51,087 nt of DNA from a virus (Duplodnaviria > Caudoviricetes). Shown here piece after piece: positions 10,962-20,212 of this stretch; position 1 is the stretch's first letter; each line of letters opens with the position of its first letter. Location of the stretch: the IMG/VR virus record IMGVR_UViG_3300032260_000006, positions 1-51,087 of that record; one strand, written 5' to 3'. The notes below the pieces were generated by a model. The model ran no database searches. It was not told the DNA's origin and saw only the letters and a list, made by a program, of their open reading frames with translations. Both the position numbers and the translations under genes were made by a program.

Positions 10962-11218
10962 TTATTAATAATTACCTTACCTTCTTTAATTAATGCTGCA
11001 AAACCTGATGCCATCCATGAAGCATTAAAAGCTAAATCAACATCATTAGTTTTTTTATTTACTGCCATAAAAACACTTCCACTAATTACAATTGCTGTTC
11101 CAACATGAATTTTTTTATCAGTTTGAAAACTATAATCATCAGCGAATTCTATTTGTGCATTTAAACAAATAGGTATTAATAATATTATTGTAATTAGTTT
11201 TTTTATAATCCTTTCCAT
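10955..11218 (-). pseudogene. Probably truncated secreted/membrane protein (DKxxH...KE type)
   Basis: Signal-peptide-like 'KKLITIILLIPICLNA-Q', then DKKIH and two hydrophobic segments. The ORF ends 8 aa after 'KE', inside the next gene's start. Confidence 0.4.
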
Positions 11219-11426
11219 CCGTTCGGTATTGATGCGTAATTACTTAATGCTGTCTGGTTTAAAAACGTGTTGGTGCTTGTCGCATAATTCCAAACGTCTT
11301 GTATCACTCCTGTGTTTGTATAAGATGTTGAGCTTGTACTCATAAATCTACTTCCATTAATCTACTTGTACTACCAGCAAGTTGCTGATTTCGATTAAAC
11401 TGATTTGTTTTATTATTAATTGCCAT
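11203..11426 (-). pseudogene. Remnant of an internally deleted BspA-like fibre gene, in two out-of-frame fragments
   Basis: 11426-11340 gives MAINNKTNQFNRNQQLAGSTSRLMEVDL*. 11343-11203 gives MSTSSTSYTNTGVIQDVWNYATSTNTFLNQTALSNYASIPNGWKGL*, which matches the C-terminus of the upstream ORF (LTDFATIPTYWK). Confidence 0.6.
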
Positions 11427-11436
11427 AATTTATATT

Positions 11437-12771
11437 TTATTTCCAATAAGTAGGAATTGTTGCAAAATCTGTTAGTCCAATACATCCTGAATAGCAATCT
11501 GCTCCAGTAGGTGTTCCTGAATCATAATCTGGAGCTGATAGCGTATTATTCCCTTCTAACCATAAGCTTTGAGAATTACCCGTCAACCCAGATGCACCAA
11601 CAAACATATTGGTAAATGATGTAACTGCTGTATTTGATGCGAAAGAAGGTATAGTCCCATTTAATCCTGTACATAGGTAAAAGCAATTGCCGAAATTTGT
11701 CACCAAGGTATTACTAGAGAAATCAGGGATTGACCCTAATAATGACGGGTTTTGTCTAAAAGCATTAAAAAACGAAAGAACATTAGTACATCCCGAAAAT
11801 GCATTGCTATTTATACCTGTGATTCTCGTGTTTTGGAATGCACTGCTAAATGATGTTACATTAGTATTACTTCCAAATGTTGAGGATGTTATTGTCCCAA
11901 CTATTCCAGTGCAGTTTAAAAATAAGTTTTGAAAATTAGTAGCTGATACTGGAAAATTAGGAACTGAACCCACCATACTTGTACATCCTGACATACAAGA
12001 TAAAAATGATGTTACATTAGTACATCCACTAAATGCATCTGAAGCTGGCCCAAATGTTAATCCTGTGCAGTTTTGAAATGTTGATTGAAAATTAAGTGTA
12101 TTTGTATTACTTCCAAAACTAGGGATACCCCCCGTCAATGAACTGCATCCATTAAAGGCTTGCGTAACCTGTGTTATATTCGTTCTACTAGTAAATGAAG
12201 GTAACGTCCCTGTAATAGATGAACATAAATAAAATGTAAGGGTTAAAGATGTTATATTTGTATTGTCTAGTATATTATTAATATCACTTGCAAGATTAGT
12301 ACATTGTCTAAATGTTTGAGAAAATGACAAGGAATTAAAGTTATCTGCAATCATAGCTGAAACAGATGTTAAATTAGTACATCCGTAAAATCCATTAATT
12401 AAATAATCAAAATCAACAGCCCCCCAATTATCTACACTAGTTATTTTTAATTTATCTCCTCCATTAGCAAAGGAAAACCCTCCACATTTGCCAGTGATTG
12501 TAATTTGACCAGAAAAAGCAACTCCATAATCATAAGTGGCATCAGCATCGTCATAAGCAGTTACCGTTTTAAGGCCACTACCATCGCCATAATCTACCGT
12601 AAAGTTATATGTTTGCCCACTAGGTAAAGGCAAAGCTATAGTGTTCCCCATTCCAAGTGCTGTATTTATAGAAAACTTAAACGAAGTATCAACCACTTCA
12701 CCGCTTTTTTCAATCGCTCTATGTGTTAATAATAAACTCAAATTGCTACCTCCCCTACTCTTAGTTCCCAC
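11437..12771 (-). CDS. BspA/DUF285-like repeat protein with PKD-like N-terminal domain (putative adhesin or fibre)
   Basis: PKD-like 'YNFTVDYGDGS', about 12 repeats of roughly 23-25 aa (F..CT.L.G.IP.F..NT.VTSF), and a C-terminal 'IPTYWK'. Confidence 0.75.
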   Translation of the reverse strand: MGTKSRGGSNLSLLLTHRAIEKSGEVVDTSFKFSINTALGMGNTIALPLPSGQTYNFTVDYGDGSGLKTVTAYDDADATYDYGVAFSGQITITGKCGGFSFANGGDKLKITSVDNWGAVDFDYLINGFYGCTNLTSVSAMIADNFNSLSFSQTFRQCTNLASDINNILDNTNITSLTLTFYLCSSITGTLPSFTSRTNITQVTQAFNGCSSLTGGIPSFGSNTNTLNFQSTFQNCTGLTFGPASDAFSGCTNVTSFLSCMSGCTSMVGSVPNFPVSATNFQNLFLNCTGIVGTITSSTFGSNTNVTSFSSAFQNTRITGINSNAFSGCTNVLSFFNAFRQNPSLLGSIPDFSSNTLVTNFGNCFYLCTGLNGTIPSFASNTAVTSFTNMFVGASGLTGNSQSLWLEGNNTLSAPDYDSGTPTGADCYSGCIGLTDFATIPTYWK

Positions 12772-13253
12772 TTAGAATTAGTTTTGTACCTTAAAAAACT
12801 AAATGTAATTATATTATCTGTTCCTGTTTCTAATGTTAATACAGGACTTGTCCATGTTCCAATTGTTGATGCATTTGATACTAATACGTCGGCAGGGAAT
12901 GTTATTTCTCTAGTTCCCGATAAGCTTAAAACTGCATTTGCTAAATCAGCGTTTTCTTCATTATCGAAAGCCCATGTGAAATTTTCATCAATAGACAAAG
13001 TCCCTACACTTTTTCTAGGTTCATATATTCCCTGTTTTCTAGAATTTAAATCAATAATCAACACTCCTGCATTAATTACAGGTTGTGTTGATGGTCTTTC
13101 AATTACTTCTTCTTTGTCACTTATATCAAATATAGGCGTACCATCATCAGTAAAATTCAATACAGAATCTATAAAATCAATAAATTGTGCTGATGTTGGA
13201 AAATCACCTTTCTCAAAAAATGTTTTTAATATATCTCTACTTCTTTGGCTCAT
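12738..13253 (-). CDS. Putative fibre/appendage protein
   Basis: N-terminal 'LKTFFEKGDFPTSAQFIDFIDS', a motif I recall from Bacteroidota phage and prophage fibre proteins. Confidence 0.5.
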   Translation of the reverse strand: MSQRSRDILKTFFEKGDFPTSAQFIDFIDSVLNFTDDGTPIFDISDKEEVIERPSTQPVINAGVLIIDLNSRKQGIYEPRKSVGTLSIDENFTWAFDNEENADLANAVLSLSGTREITFPADVLVSNASTIGTWTSPVLTLETGTDNIITFSFLRYKTNSKWELRVGEVAI

Positions 13254-13260
13254 ATCTTTT

Positions 13261-14253
13261 TTAACTTACAATAAACATTGATCCAAGACCTGTAGTTACA
13301 GATGGAACTGCATCAGGATCATAACTATTATCAATAATATTATCTCCTGCAAAATTAAACCCCTCTAACACATAATGTGATAATCTAGCAATTGCATTAA
13401 CAGGTAATAATTGTAATTCATCTCTACCTTGGTAGTCTTTACGATAGCTATTTCTTATTACATGAGGAATATCCAATACATAATATTGTAATTTATGATA
13501 ATATCTAACAGTCAATGTTAGGTTGATTAGTTTTAACCACCTACCTGGAGCTGGGTGTGTTATATTATCTGGTATAATAACCAAATCATCATCATTCACA
13601 GCTGTACTTGTACTATCAAATTGATATAAACTATCATCTGAACCCAATAATGCTTTTTCTTTATCTTCATAACTAGTTAAAGCTTTTAAAGCAGCAACAT
13701 CTGCTGCTGGAATTGTTAATAATATTATTTTATTTCTTTCAAATCTAAAATCAACAAATAATTCTAGTTTCAATAGAGGGTCTGTTGTTGATACATATTG
13801 AAAAATATCCTCTACACTCTCAATATCATAAATTGTATAAGAAAAATAATTCCCATCAAAAGGAATAGGGTAAATAACTTCACTTTGCCTTACATTAGAA
13901 TCCTTAATAATTACCTTATCCATAAAAGAAACTTTAGTTATACTTCTTAATGTAAGATTTATAGTTCCTAATTTTTCAGCACTCCACTCTTTATATTTTG
14001 TTTCAAAATTTATAGAACTTATAATAACCCTGTCTTGAGTTTTATTAATGAATACCCAGCCTGTTGAGCTGCAATTTTCACATGTCGATAAATTATCGTT
14101 GTCTTTAGTTTTACAAGGGCATTTAATAGCTGATTCAATAGTTACATCCACGCCTTTATTATACACCATTGCATCCTGCTCCTCAATGGTAAAATTTACC
14201 ACAGGCTTGGACACTAAATTGGGTGTCGGTTGAAGTTTTACGTTTTTAGCCAT
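13261..14253 (-). CDS. Putative head-closure/neck protein
   Basis: 'CPC...CENCSSTGW' Cys cluster and position after the adaptor, as in Twort-like neck proteins. Confidence 0.6.
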   Translation of the reverse strand: MAKNVKLQPTPNLVSKPVVNFTIEEQDAMVYNKGVDVTIESAIKCPCKTKDNDNLSTCENCSSTGWVFINKTQDRVIISSINFETKYKEWSAEKLGTINLTLRSITKVSFMDKVIIKDSNVRQSEVIYPIPFDGNYFSYTIYDIESVEDIFQYVSTTDPLLKLELFVDFRFERNKIILLTIPAADVAALKALTSYEDKEKALLGSDDSLYQFDSTSTAVNDDDLVIIPDNITHPAPGRWLKLINLTLTVRYYHKLQYYVLDIPHVIRNSYRKDYQGRDELQLLPVNAIARLSHYVLEGFNFAGDNIIDNSYDPDAVPSVTTGLGSMFIVS

Positions 14254-14305
14254 TAAACTGCTTTATTTTTTAATTTACAATTGTCGAATATTTATACATA
14301 TTTTT

Positions 14306-15103
14306 TTAAATACTTGTTAAGCTTATTCCCTTATAGACTCCACGGAGCTGTTTAAGTGATTCAGCAATTTCTTTTTGATATGTGATAATTCTGGCTCCAA
14401 ATCCCGCAGAAGTGGCTGAGGCTGTGCTACTTATACTCTGACTGATGGCATCTAAGCTTATACTTTGACTCGCAATTCCTGCTCCTAAAATTATGTCACC
14501 AAGTTGGTTGAAAACGTTGATGGCAGCGGTTTTCCCGATAATTTCTAATAAATCGTAAGGTAAATTATCACAATCAAACCCTGTTATATATTCAACATGC
14601 CAATAACTACCAATCGAACTACTATTTACAAGTCCCAAATGAGGTAAGATTGAACCAGCAAACAAAGCTGCATTTATAGCATCTATGCTCGTATTACTAT
14701 TCGGTACCACAACTATTTGCCTGTTTGTACCTAATACATTCAACTTATTTGAAGTCAACCATTCTCTAGGGTATTCTAATTGTTTTAAGGTGCCAAAAAA
14801 CCCCTGAAGTTTTAATCCTTCATTTACTGTAAGTCTTGTTTTGACAAAACCATGTCCTTGAAATTCATCTCTGTAATAATCTGATTCTTCAGTTATTACT
14901 TGCTTCATGATTTTAATAGATAAAATCTTTTCAAGTTCCTGTTGTGCTCTGCGTATATAAGTCTCTAAGGTTGTGGCACTAATGCCTGTTCCTTGCTGAT
15001 TTATGATATCTACGCCATAAAAATAAAGGGCTAACAACTCTCTATCGTTAATTATTAACCCATTATTTTTTTTATTTTTTATTACAAAAGTTACAGTTGG
15101 CAT
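14306..15103 (-). CDS. Putative head-tail adaptor
   Basis: 'YIRRAQQELEKIL', 'VEYITGF', 'GIASQSISLD.ISQS...TASAT.AGFGARI' resemble Herelleviridae adaptor proteins. Confidence 0.7.
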   Translation of the reverse strand: MPTVTFVIKNKKNNGLIINDRELLALYFYGVDIINQQGTGISATTLETYIRRAQQELEKILSIKIMKQVITEESDYYRDEFQGHGFVKTRLTVNEGLKLQGFFGTLKQLEYPREWLTSNKLNVLGTNRQIVVVPNSNTSIDAINAALFAGSILPHLGLVNSSSIGSYWHVEYITGFDCDNLPYDLLEIIGKTAAINVFNQLGDIILGAGIASQSISLDAISQSISSTASATSAGFGARIITYQKEIAESLKQLRGVYKGISLTSI

Positions 15104-15107
15104 CTTA

Positions 15108-15647
15108 TTATTTTAGTTTACCCTTAACATATTCCTTAAGTTTGTCACCTTTTAATTTATCCCATTCTTTTTTAGGATATTTCACTTCTTTACAAAGAGC
15201 AATTAAATCTTCATCACTCATGCTATCTAAAGATACTTCTTCTTCAACAGTCTCTGTTTTAGGTTCTTCCTCAAAAAGCTCTTCATATTCAACAACTTTT
15301 GCTTCAGATATAGTTAATTTTTCTTCCAATTCAGTAATCTGAGCAGACAAATTAACGTTTTTAAGCTGCAAGGCCTCATTTAAAGTCTTTAGCTTAGTAT
15401 TTGCATCATGAACGTCAATATCGGCCAATTTCAGCTCTTTAATTGCATCGAAAGAAGGATCTTCTTTGTATTTTTCAATATCTGCTTCGTCTACAATTTC
15501 TAAACCAGCTTCAACAAGTTTTACAACTTGTCTTTCTGGAACTTCTACCATTCCAAAGTCATCAAATTTAACCTCTATTCCGCCAAGAATTACACCAACA
15601 CCAAATCTATTTGGTTTATTGGTACGTAATGTTACACCTATACTCAT
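15108..15647 (-). CDS. Hypothetical protein with coiled coil and C-terminal Rho-N/HeH-like helix pair
   Basis: 179 aa after the major capsid gene, ending 'LDSMSDEDLIALCKE...KLKEYVKGKL'. Confidence 0.55.
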   Translation of the reverse strand: MSIGVTLRTNKPNRFGVGVILGGIEVKFDDFGMVEVPERQVVKLVEAGLEIVDEADIEKYKEDPSFDAIKELKLADIDVHDANTKLKTLNEALQLKNVNLSAQITELEEKLTISEAKVVEYEELFEEEPKTETVEEEVSLDSMSDEDLIALCKEVKYPKKEWDKLKGDKLKEYVKGKLK

Positions 15648-15666
15648 TATTTTACAATTTTAAATT

Positions 15667-15706
15667 AAAAAAAATAAGGGTGTTAATTTTAACACCAACA
15701 CCCTTA
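15667..15706 (-). terminator. Intrinsic terminator after the major capsid gene
   Basis: TAAGGGTGTT/AACACCCTTA 10-bp stem (15675-84 and 15697-706), followed by a T run on the minus strand. Confidence 0.75.
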
Positions 15707-15723
15707 CAATATGTATTTATTTA

Positions 15724-17220
15724 TTAGGCAGTTAATTTACCAATATTTTTTATGATACCCAATTTTTGAGGTTGGTAAAGTATCTGTGTCAAATAGTAAA
15801 GTATAGCAAACCTATATGTTGGACTTGTAATTGCCAAGTCTAATTTTTTCATTTTATCAAGCTCCTTAAGAGCCATAATATCAGCATTCGCAGTTTGATA
15901 CATAAATGCATTTTCAGTATTAGGGATATCATAATTTCTATCTCTAGCTAAAGTAGCAGCAGCACCATCATAACCAGCAGCCAATTCAGCTACAGTTATT
16001 GAAAATACAGGATAAAGTGGAGTGTCTGCAAGAGCAGTTGTAGGATCTACTTCACTTCTATAAATCACATACCCAGTTGCTGGATAAGCATTATCAGTAA
16101 TAGCCCATTTCATATCAATAGACTCAGTAGCACCAATTGCTACAACACTTGCACTAAGAGCTGTCATTGGACCTTCTCCGTACTGATTAACAGCAGCAAC
16201 AGCTACAAAATAATCACCAGCAAAAGCAGTTCCAAATTTAGTTGAAGCAGTGTCAGATACAGCAGCCAATGGTGTTGCACCATCGGGTGTGATTGCAGCT
16301 GGACTTTTAGCTGTCTGAGCACCAGAAGTGGCACCAGCAGTAAGTCTTTCAACTGATCTTCTACCAAAAATAACAGGTCTTGGGGTTAAATTACCAAATT
16401 GTGTTACAAATTCAGTAACCTTTTGTCCAAATTTACCTGCTTGAACCTCAGCACCAGAAACAATACGTCTAGTATCATATTTTTGATCTACATAGTCTGT
16501 AAATACAGATGGTGGAGCAAAAATATCAGTAACTAAACCATAACCTCTGTTAACAATGTTTGAAATCAATTCATTATTGTGAGAGTCTAAAAGAACACTT
16601 CCTCTTACATCTAATGTAAATGGAGAGTTAAAATAATCAGCATTAGTTCCACCTATTAATTTTTGGTGTAATCTATAAACACCATCAAATTCTAATTCAT
16701 CAACATTTGATTTGCCAAAATGCATTTCGTTTTCAACAGATTGTAATAGTAAGGTCATTTTATTTTGAACCTCTTGAGCATAAACATCTACTTGGTTGTT
16801 AGTCTGCATGATAACATCAGTAACTTGACCAACGATACCTTTATACTTAACAAATTCTGATAAACGTCTGTATTGAGAATCAACTGATTCTGGAAGTTCA
16901 CCTTCTACAGTATTATATTTTCCTGCTGCACCATAACTAACTAATTGATTATATTCTTCATTAGTTGAAGTTGCTGCTTTTTTCTTAATAGCATTGTAAA
17001 ATGTGAAAGTGCTGTTACTATAAGTAAGATTCTTTAAAGTTGCCTCTAAACTTTCATACTTAAGAGCTGCACCGTTTGTTATTTGGCCATCAAGACTTGT
17101 ACCTGATGCCTGTCCTGCATTAATTGCCTTGATCAATTCATCAACATTAGCTGAACTGAATACTGAACCAGCATTAGCTCCTTGATTTTGATTAAATTGA
17201 TTTGTTTCGTTATATAACAT
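15724..17220 (-). CDS. Major capsid protein
   Basis: 498 aa. 'GAALKYESLEATLKNLTY', 'EEYNQLVSYG', 'EGELPE' and 'LEFDGV' resemble SPO1/Twort-type capsid proteins. It is followed by a terminator. Confidence 0.9.
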   Translation of the reverse strand: MLYNETNQFNQNQGANAGSVFSSANVDELIKAINAGQASGTSLDGQITNGAALKYESLEATLKNLTYSNSTFTFYNAIKKKAATSTNEEYNQLVSYGAAGKYNTVEGELPESVDSQYRRLSEFVKYKGIVGQVTDVIMQTNNQVDVYAQEVQNKMTLLLQSVENEMHFGKSNVDELEFDGVYRLHQKLIGGTNADYFNSPFTLDVRGSVLLDSHNNELISNIVNRGYGLVTDIFAPPSVFTDYVDQKYDTRRIVSGAEVQAGKFGQKVTEFVTQFGNLTPRPVIFGRRSVERLTAGATSGAQTAKSPAAITPDGATPLAAVSDTASTKFGTAFAGDYFVAVAAVNQYGEGPMTALSASVVAIGATESIDMKWAITDNAYPATGYVIYRSEVDPTTALADTPLYPVFSITVAELAAGYDGAAATLARDRNYDIPNTENAFMYQTANADIMALKELDKMKKLDLAITSPTYRFAILYYLTQILYQPQKLGIIKNIGKLTA

Positions 17221-17249
17221 TTTATTTATAGTTATTATATTAATCCCGA

Positions 17250-17984
17250 TTATGCTACTACTTTGATTGAAAGTTTTTCAGCTAATGCTTTTTCCAATCT
17301 AGGAGAAACTTTGCTAGAACATTCTAAACTTGCAATATCGTCTGTTAGACTTTTTGCAAATTCTTCATCGCCTTCCATGTATTTGGTTAGTCTAGATGAA
17401 ATTTCACCTTTGTGTTGAGAAATTGATAGAACATTCATTCCATCATCTGTAGTAGACTTCTCAAATCTTTGAACTTGACCAGCACCACTCATACCATTAA
17501 TGGATTTTAATCCTGGAGAATAGTTTGCTAATGCTTTCAAGATTTCTTCACTTCCTTCAAATGATTTTTTCAAATCATCATTGTCCTTTAAAAGCTTCTC
17601 ATTGTCGTCCTTGATTGATACCATAGTATCGGTAAGTGATTTAATTAAATTAGTCAAACCTTCCATCCTTTCATCAGATTTATCATTTGATTCTTTAATT
17701 TGATTTTGACTTGCAGTTAATGACTTATTAATTTCATCAAATTTTTCATCATAATCAAAAACACCATTGTTTGATTTTTCAAGGTCTTGTAATTGATTCA
17801 ACCTGTCAAGTTCAATTTGCTTTTCAGCAATTTGCTCATCAACGGATTTTTCAATTTTATCTGTAGTTTCTTCTTCTGGAGTAATATTTAAAGATTTCAT
17901 GATTTCTTCATCACTTACCTCTAATTCTTGAAGAGATTTTACAAGTTCAGCTTGGTCAGGAGATAAACCTTTTATGTTTAACAT
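17250..17984 (-). CDS. Putative scaffold protein
   Basis: Acidic coiled-coil protein between the protease and capsid genes, with more than 10 K-S/K-A motifs. Confidence 0.7.
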   Translation of the reverse strand: MLNIKGLSPDQAELVKSLQELEVSDEEIMKSLNITPEEETTDKIEKSVDEQIAEKQIELDRLNQLQDLEKSNNGVFDYDEKFDEINKSLTASQNQIKESNDKSDERMEGLTNLIKSLTDTMVSIKDDNEKLLKDNDDLKKSFEGSEEILKALANYSPGLKSINGMSGAGQVQRFEKSTTDDGMNVLSISQHKGEISSRLTKYMEGDEEFAKSLTDDIASLECSSKVSPRLEKALAEKLSIKVVA

Positions 17985-18079
17985 ACCTTATTGTATTCAA
18001 ATTATTTGCCGATTGTAAAATGTACGATTTTTATTAATTGTATAAAATTATAAAATATATTTCAATTATAAAAATTTAT

Positions 18080-20212
18080 TTAAAATAATTTATGTTGAAG
18101 TACTTCTGTTGTTTCTTTTTTAACATACTCTTTTGACATTTCCACTATCAAATCTTTTGCTTCATCAAGTACATCTTCATGTCCATAAAGACTTCCATAC
18201 TTTTTCTCAAATTTGTTATCTGAAAGACCTTCTTTTTCTTTTGTTTTTTCTTCATACTGAAGTCTTTCATTAATAAAATCTATCTTTTCAGATAAAGTGT
18301 CTTTATCTTGAAAGTCAAGTTGGAGATTATTCACTCCTCTAATTTTTCTACTTTCTTTTGGTTCGTCATGAAGCCAAATACTGTTATCTAATTCCTCTAA
18401 AAATTTATCTAATTTCTCTTTTGTTTTAGAAGGAAGTTTTTTAATGTCTATCTTTTTAGCAACATCTGACATGTTTTTCAAAACATCAGGTTTCGTTCCA
18501 TAAGTTTTAGAATCATAAATACCTACACTATCTAATTTTTTAGCTGCATTATTTAAATCCTTCATGTCGTTAACCTTCTTGGTAACTTCTTTAGGAATTT
18601 CTTTCTTTTCTACTTTCTCCTTTTTTTTACCACTACCCTTGACTTCATCAAACATTTTTTTAGCAGAAGACTCCATACTTAAATTTTCATTTGGGTTATA
18701 TTTATCAGAAAATTGTTGAGAAACATCTGGAGGAACATTTTTTACAGCACGCACCTTAGTGAAAAACTCACTCATATCTTTAGAATTGGCGGCTATATCT
18801 CTAAATTCATTTAATTTATCGTCTTTATGATATGATTCTTTCTTACCACTTTCCTTTTTGTCACTCACACCCTCTTTTTTAGATGAACTCTCATTTTTTA
18901 AATCATCCTCAATCCTTTCTTTAGCTGCTTTTAATGCTTTCTCTTTGCTTCCTCCATATAAATCAATAGCTATACTAGAAATTTTAGTTTTACCATCAAT
19001 CCCTCTATGTTCTACACGCACCCATTTAGCATTTTTATTATCTTTATATGGCATAGTGCTTTCAGTTATTCTAAAACTACCACCTTCTTTAGTGGTTTCA
19101 ACTGTTCTTTTCCCATTGTTTTCCATTTTAGTACTTACAACTTCTCTGTCTTTATCGCTCTTGCCAGCTTCCTTTTTACCCTCACCACTAAACTTACCAC
19201 CTGCACCTGCTATAACTTTGCCATCACCACCAATAAGTACCTTAGCTCCATTCATTGTTACCCAATTACTGCCAGCATGTTTTGATTGAAGATTCTTAGC
19301 TTTTGCTTTTTCCAATATATCATAACTCACCTTACCTTCAATAAAGGCTTTTCTAATTGTATTATAGTTTTTATCAGATATAGACATTTTATAATTTTCA
19401 GTTGCTTTGTCGAATAAACTTTTAGAAATTGCACCTGTCATGGTTGCATTAGCTAAATTAATTATTGCATCTTTTTTCTTTTTTTTGCCTTCTAAACTTT
19501 CTTTAATTAGAGGTTTTGCTGTTGTTGTGTCAATAGCTTTTTCAACTTTGAGATTTAAGTCTTTGTCGATTGTATATCTCATCCCAGTTTTAGGGTTGGT
19601 TATGTCAACTAAATATACAATTCCACCATTGGTTGATTGTATAGCTTTTTCAACATCATAAGAATTTATTGGTTTTGAATAATTTCCCTTAACGATGTCA
19701 GCGTATGAGTTAGAATTTTTTGGTGAAAAAGTGGCTGCAAGCCCCGTTATCAGGGCTTTTGTGATACGTTTTTGATTTTGTGGATGACGTTCAAGAGCCT
19801 TTCCTTCTATACTGAAACCTAGTTTTTTCTTGCTTCCAGAATTATGTAGCATTATCATTGTATCGTAAAGATTTCTGGCAACCTCACTATCTTTATATAA
19901 TTTAGCCTTTACAAAGAACTTATTATCAACCACTTTAGCTTCCACAGGTTCTCCAATAAGGAATCGTGGGTCGTCTTTTAATCTGTGATCATAATTTATG
20001 TTTCCCAGTTTAAGGAACCGATCAAGCACAAAACCTGCTGGTTCTAAAATTTCTGAATCAGTGTCAGTGCTAGAGTCCGAAGCAATTCCAGAAATTAACA
20101 TTTTTTCATACCTCTTATCACCAACTTTTTTAGAAGCTTTTTCTAAATCATTGCCGTCAACTTCAACAAAAAAGTTAAAGTCTGGTGTTATATCTTTACT
20201 TAAATAGTTCAT
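18080..20212 (-). CDS. Prohead protease with long C-terminal extension
   Basis: The N-terminal ~190 aa have 'ISGIASDSSTDTDSE', 'INYDH', 'IGEP' and 'LGFSIEG', typical of HK97-family/Herelleviridae proteases. About 500 further aa follow. Confidence 0.85.
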   Translation of the reverse strand: MNYLSKDITPDFNFFVEVDGNDLEKASKKVGDKRYEKMLISGIASDSSTDTDSEILEPAGFVLDRFLKLGNINYDHRLKDDPRFLIGEPVEAKVVDNKFFVKAKLYKDSEVARNLYDTMIMLHNSGSKKKLGFSIEGKALERHPQNQKRITKALITGLAATFSPKNSNSYADIVKGNYSKPINSYDVEKAIQSTNGGIVYLVDITNPKTGMRYTIDKDLNLKVEKAIDTTTAKPLIKESLEGKKKKKDAIINLANATMTGAISKSLFDKATENYKMSISDKNYNTIRKAFIEGKVSYDILEKAKAKNLQSKHAGSNWVTMNGAKVLIGGDGKVIAGAGGKFSGEGKKEAGKSDKDREVVSTKMENNGKRTVETTKEGGSFRITESTMPYKDNKNAKWVRVEHRGIDGKTKISSIAIDLYGGSKEKALKAAKERIEDDLKNESSSKKEGVSDKKESGKKESYHKDDKLNEFRDIAANSKDMSEFFTKVRAVKNVPPDVSQQFSDKYNPNENLSMESSAKKMFDEVKGSGKKKEKVEKKEIPKEVTKKVNDMKDLNNAAKKLDSVGIYDSKTYGTKPDVLKNMSDVAKKIDIKKLPSKTKEKLDKFLEELDNSIWLHDEPKESRKIRGVNNLQLDFQDKDTLSEKIDFINERLQYEEKTKEKEGLSDNKFEKKYGSLYGHEDVLDEAKDLIVEMSKEYVKKETTEVLQHKLF

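Noticed and set aside
11600-12400. CRISPR-like or tandem DNA repeats
   Set aside because: The recurring short DNA matches are explained by the protein repeats of the BspA-like gene. There is no constant repeat-spacer structure.
11203-12771. Diversity-generating retroelement template/variable repeat pair
   Set aside because: The remnant and the BspA C-terminus are similar only at protein level, not near-identical DNA differing at adenines, and no reverse transcriptase is in the window.
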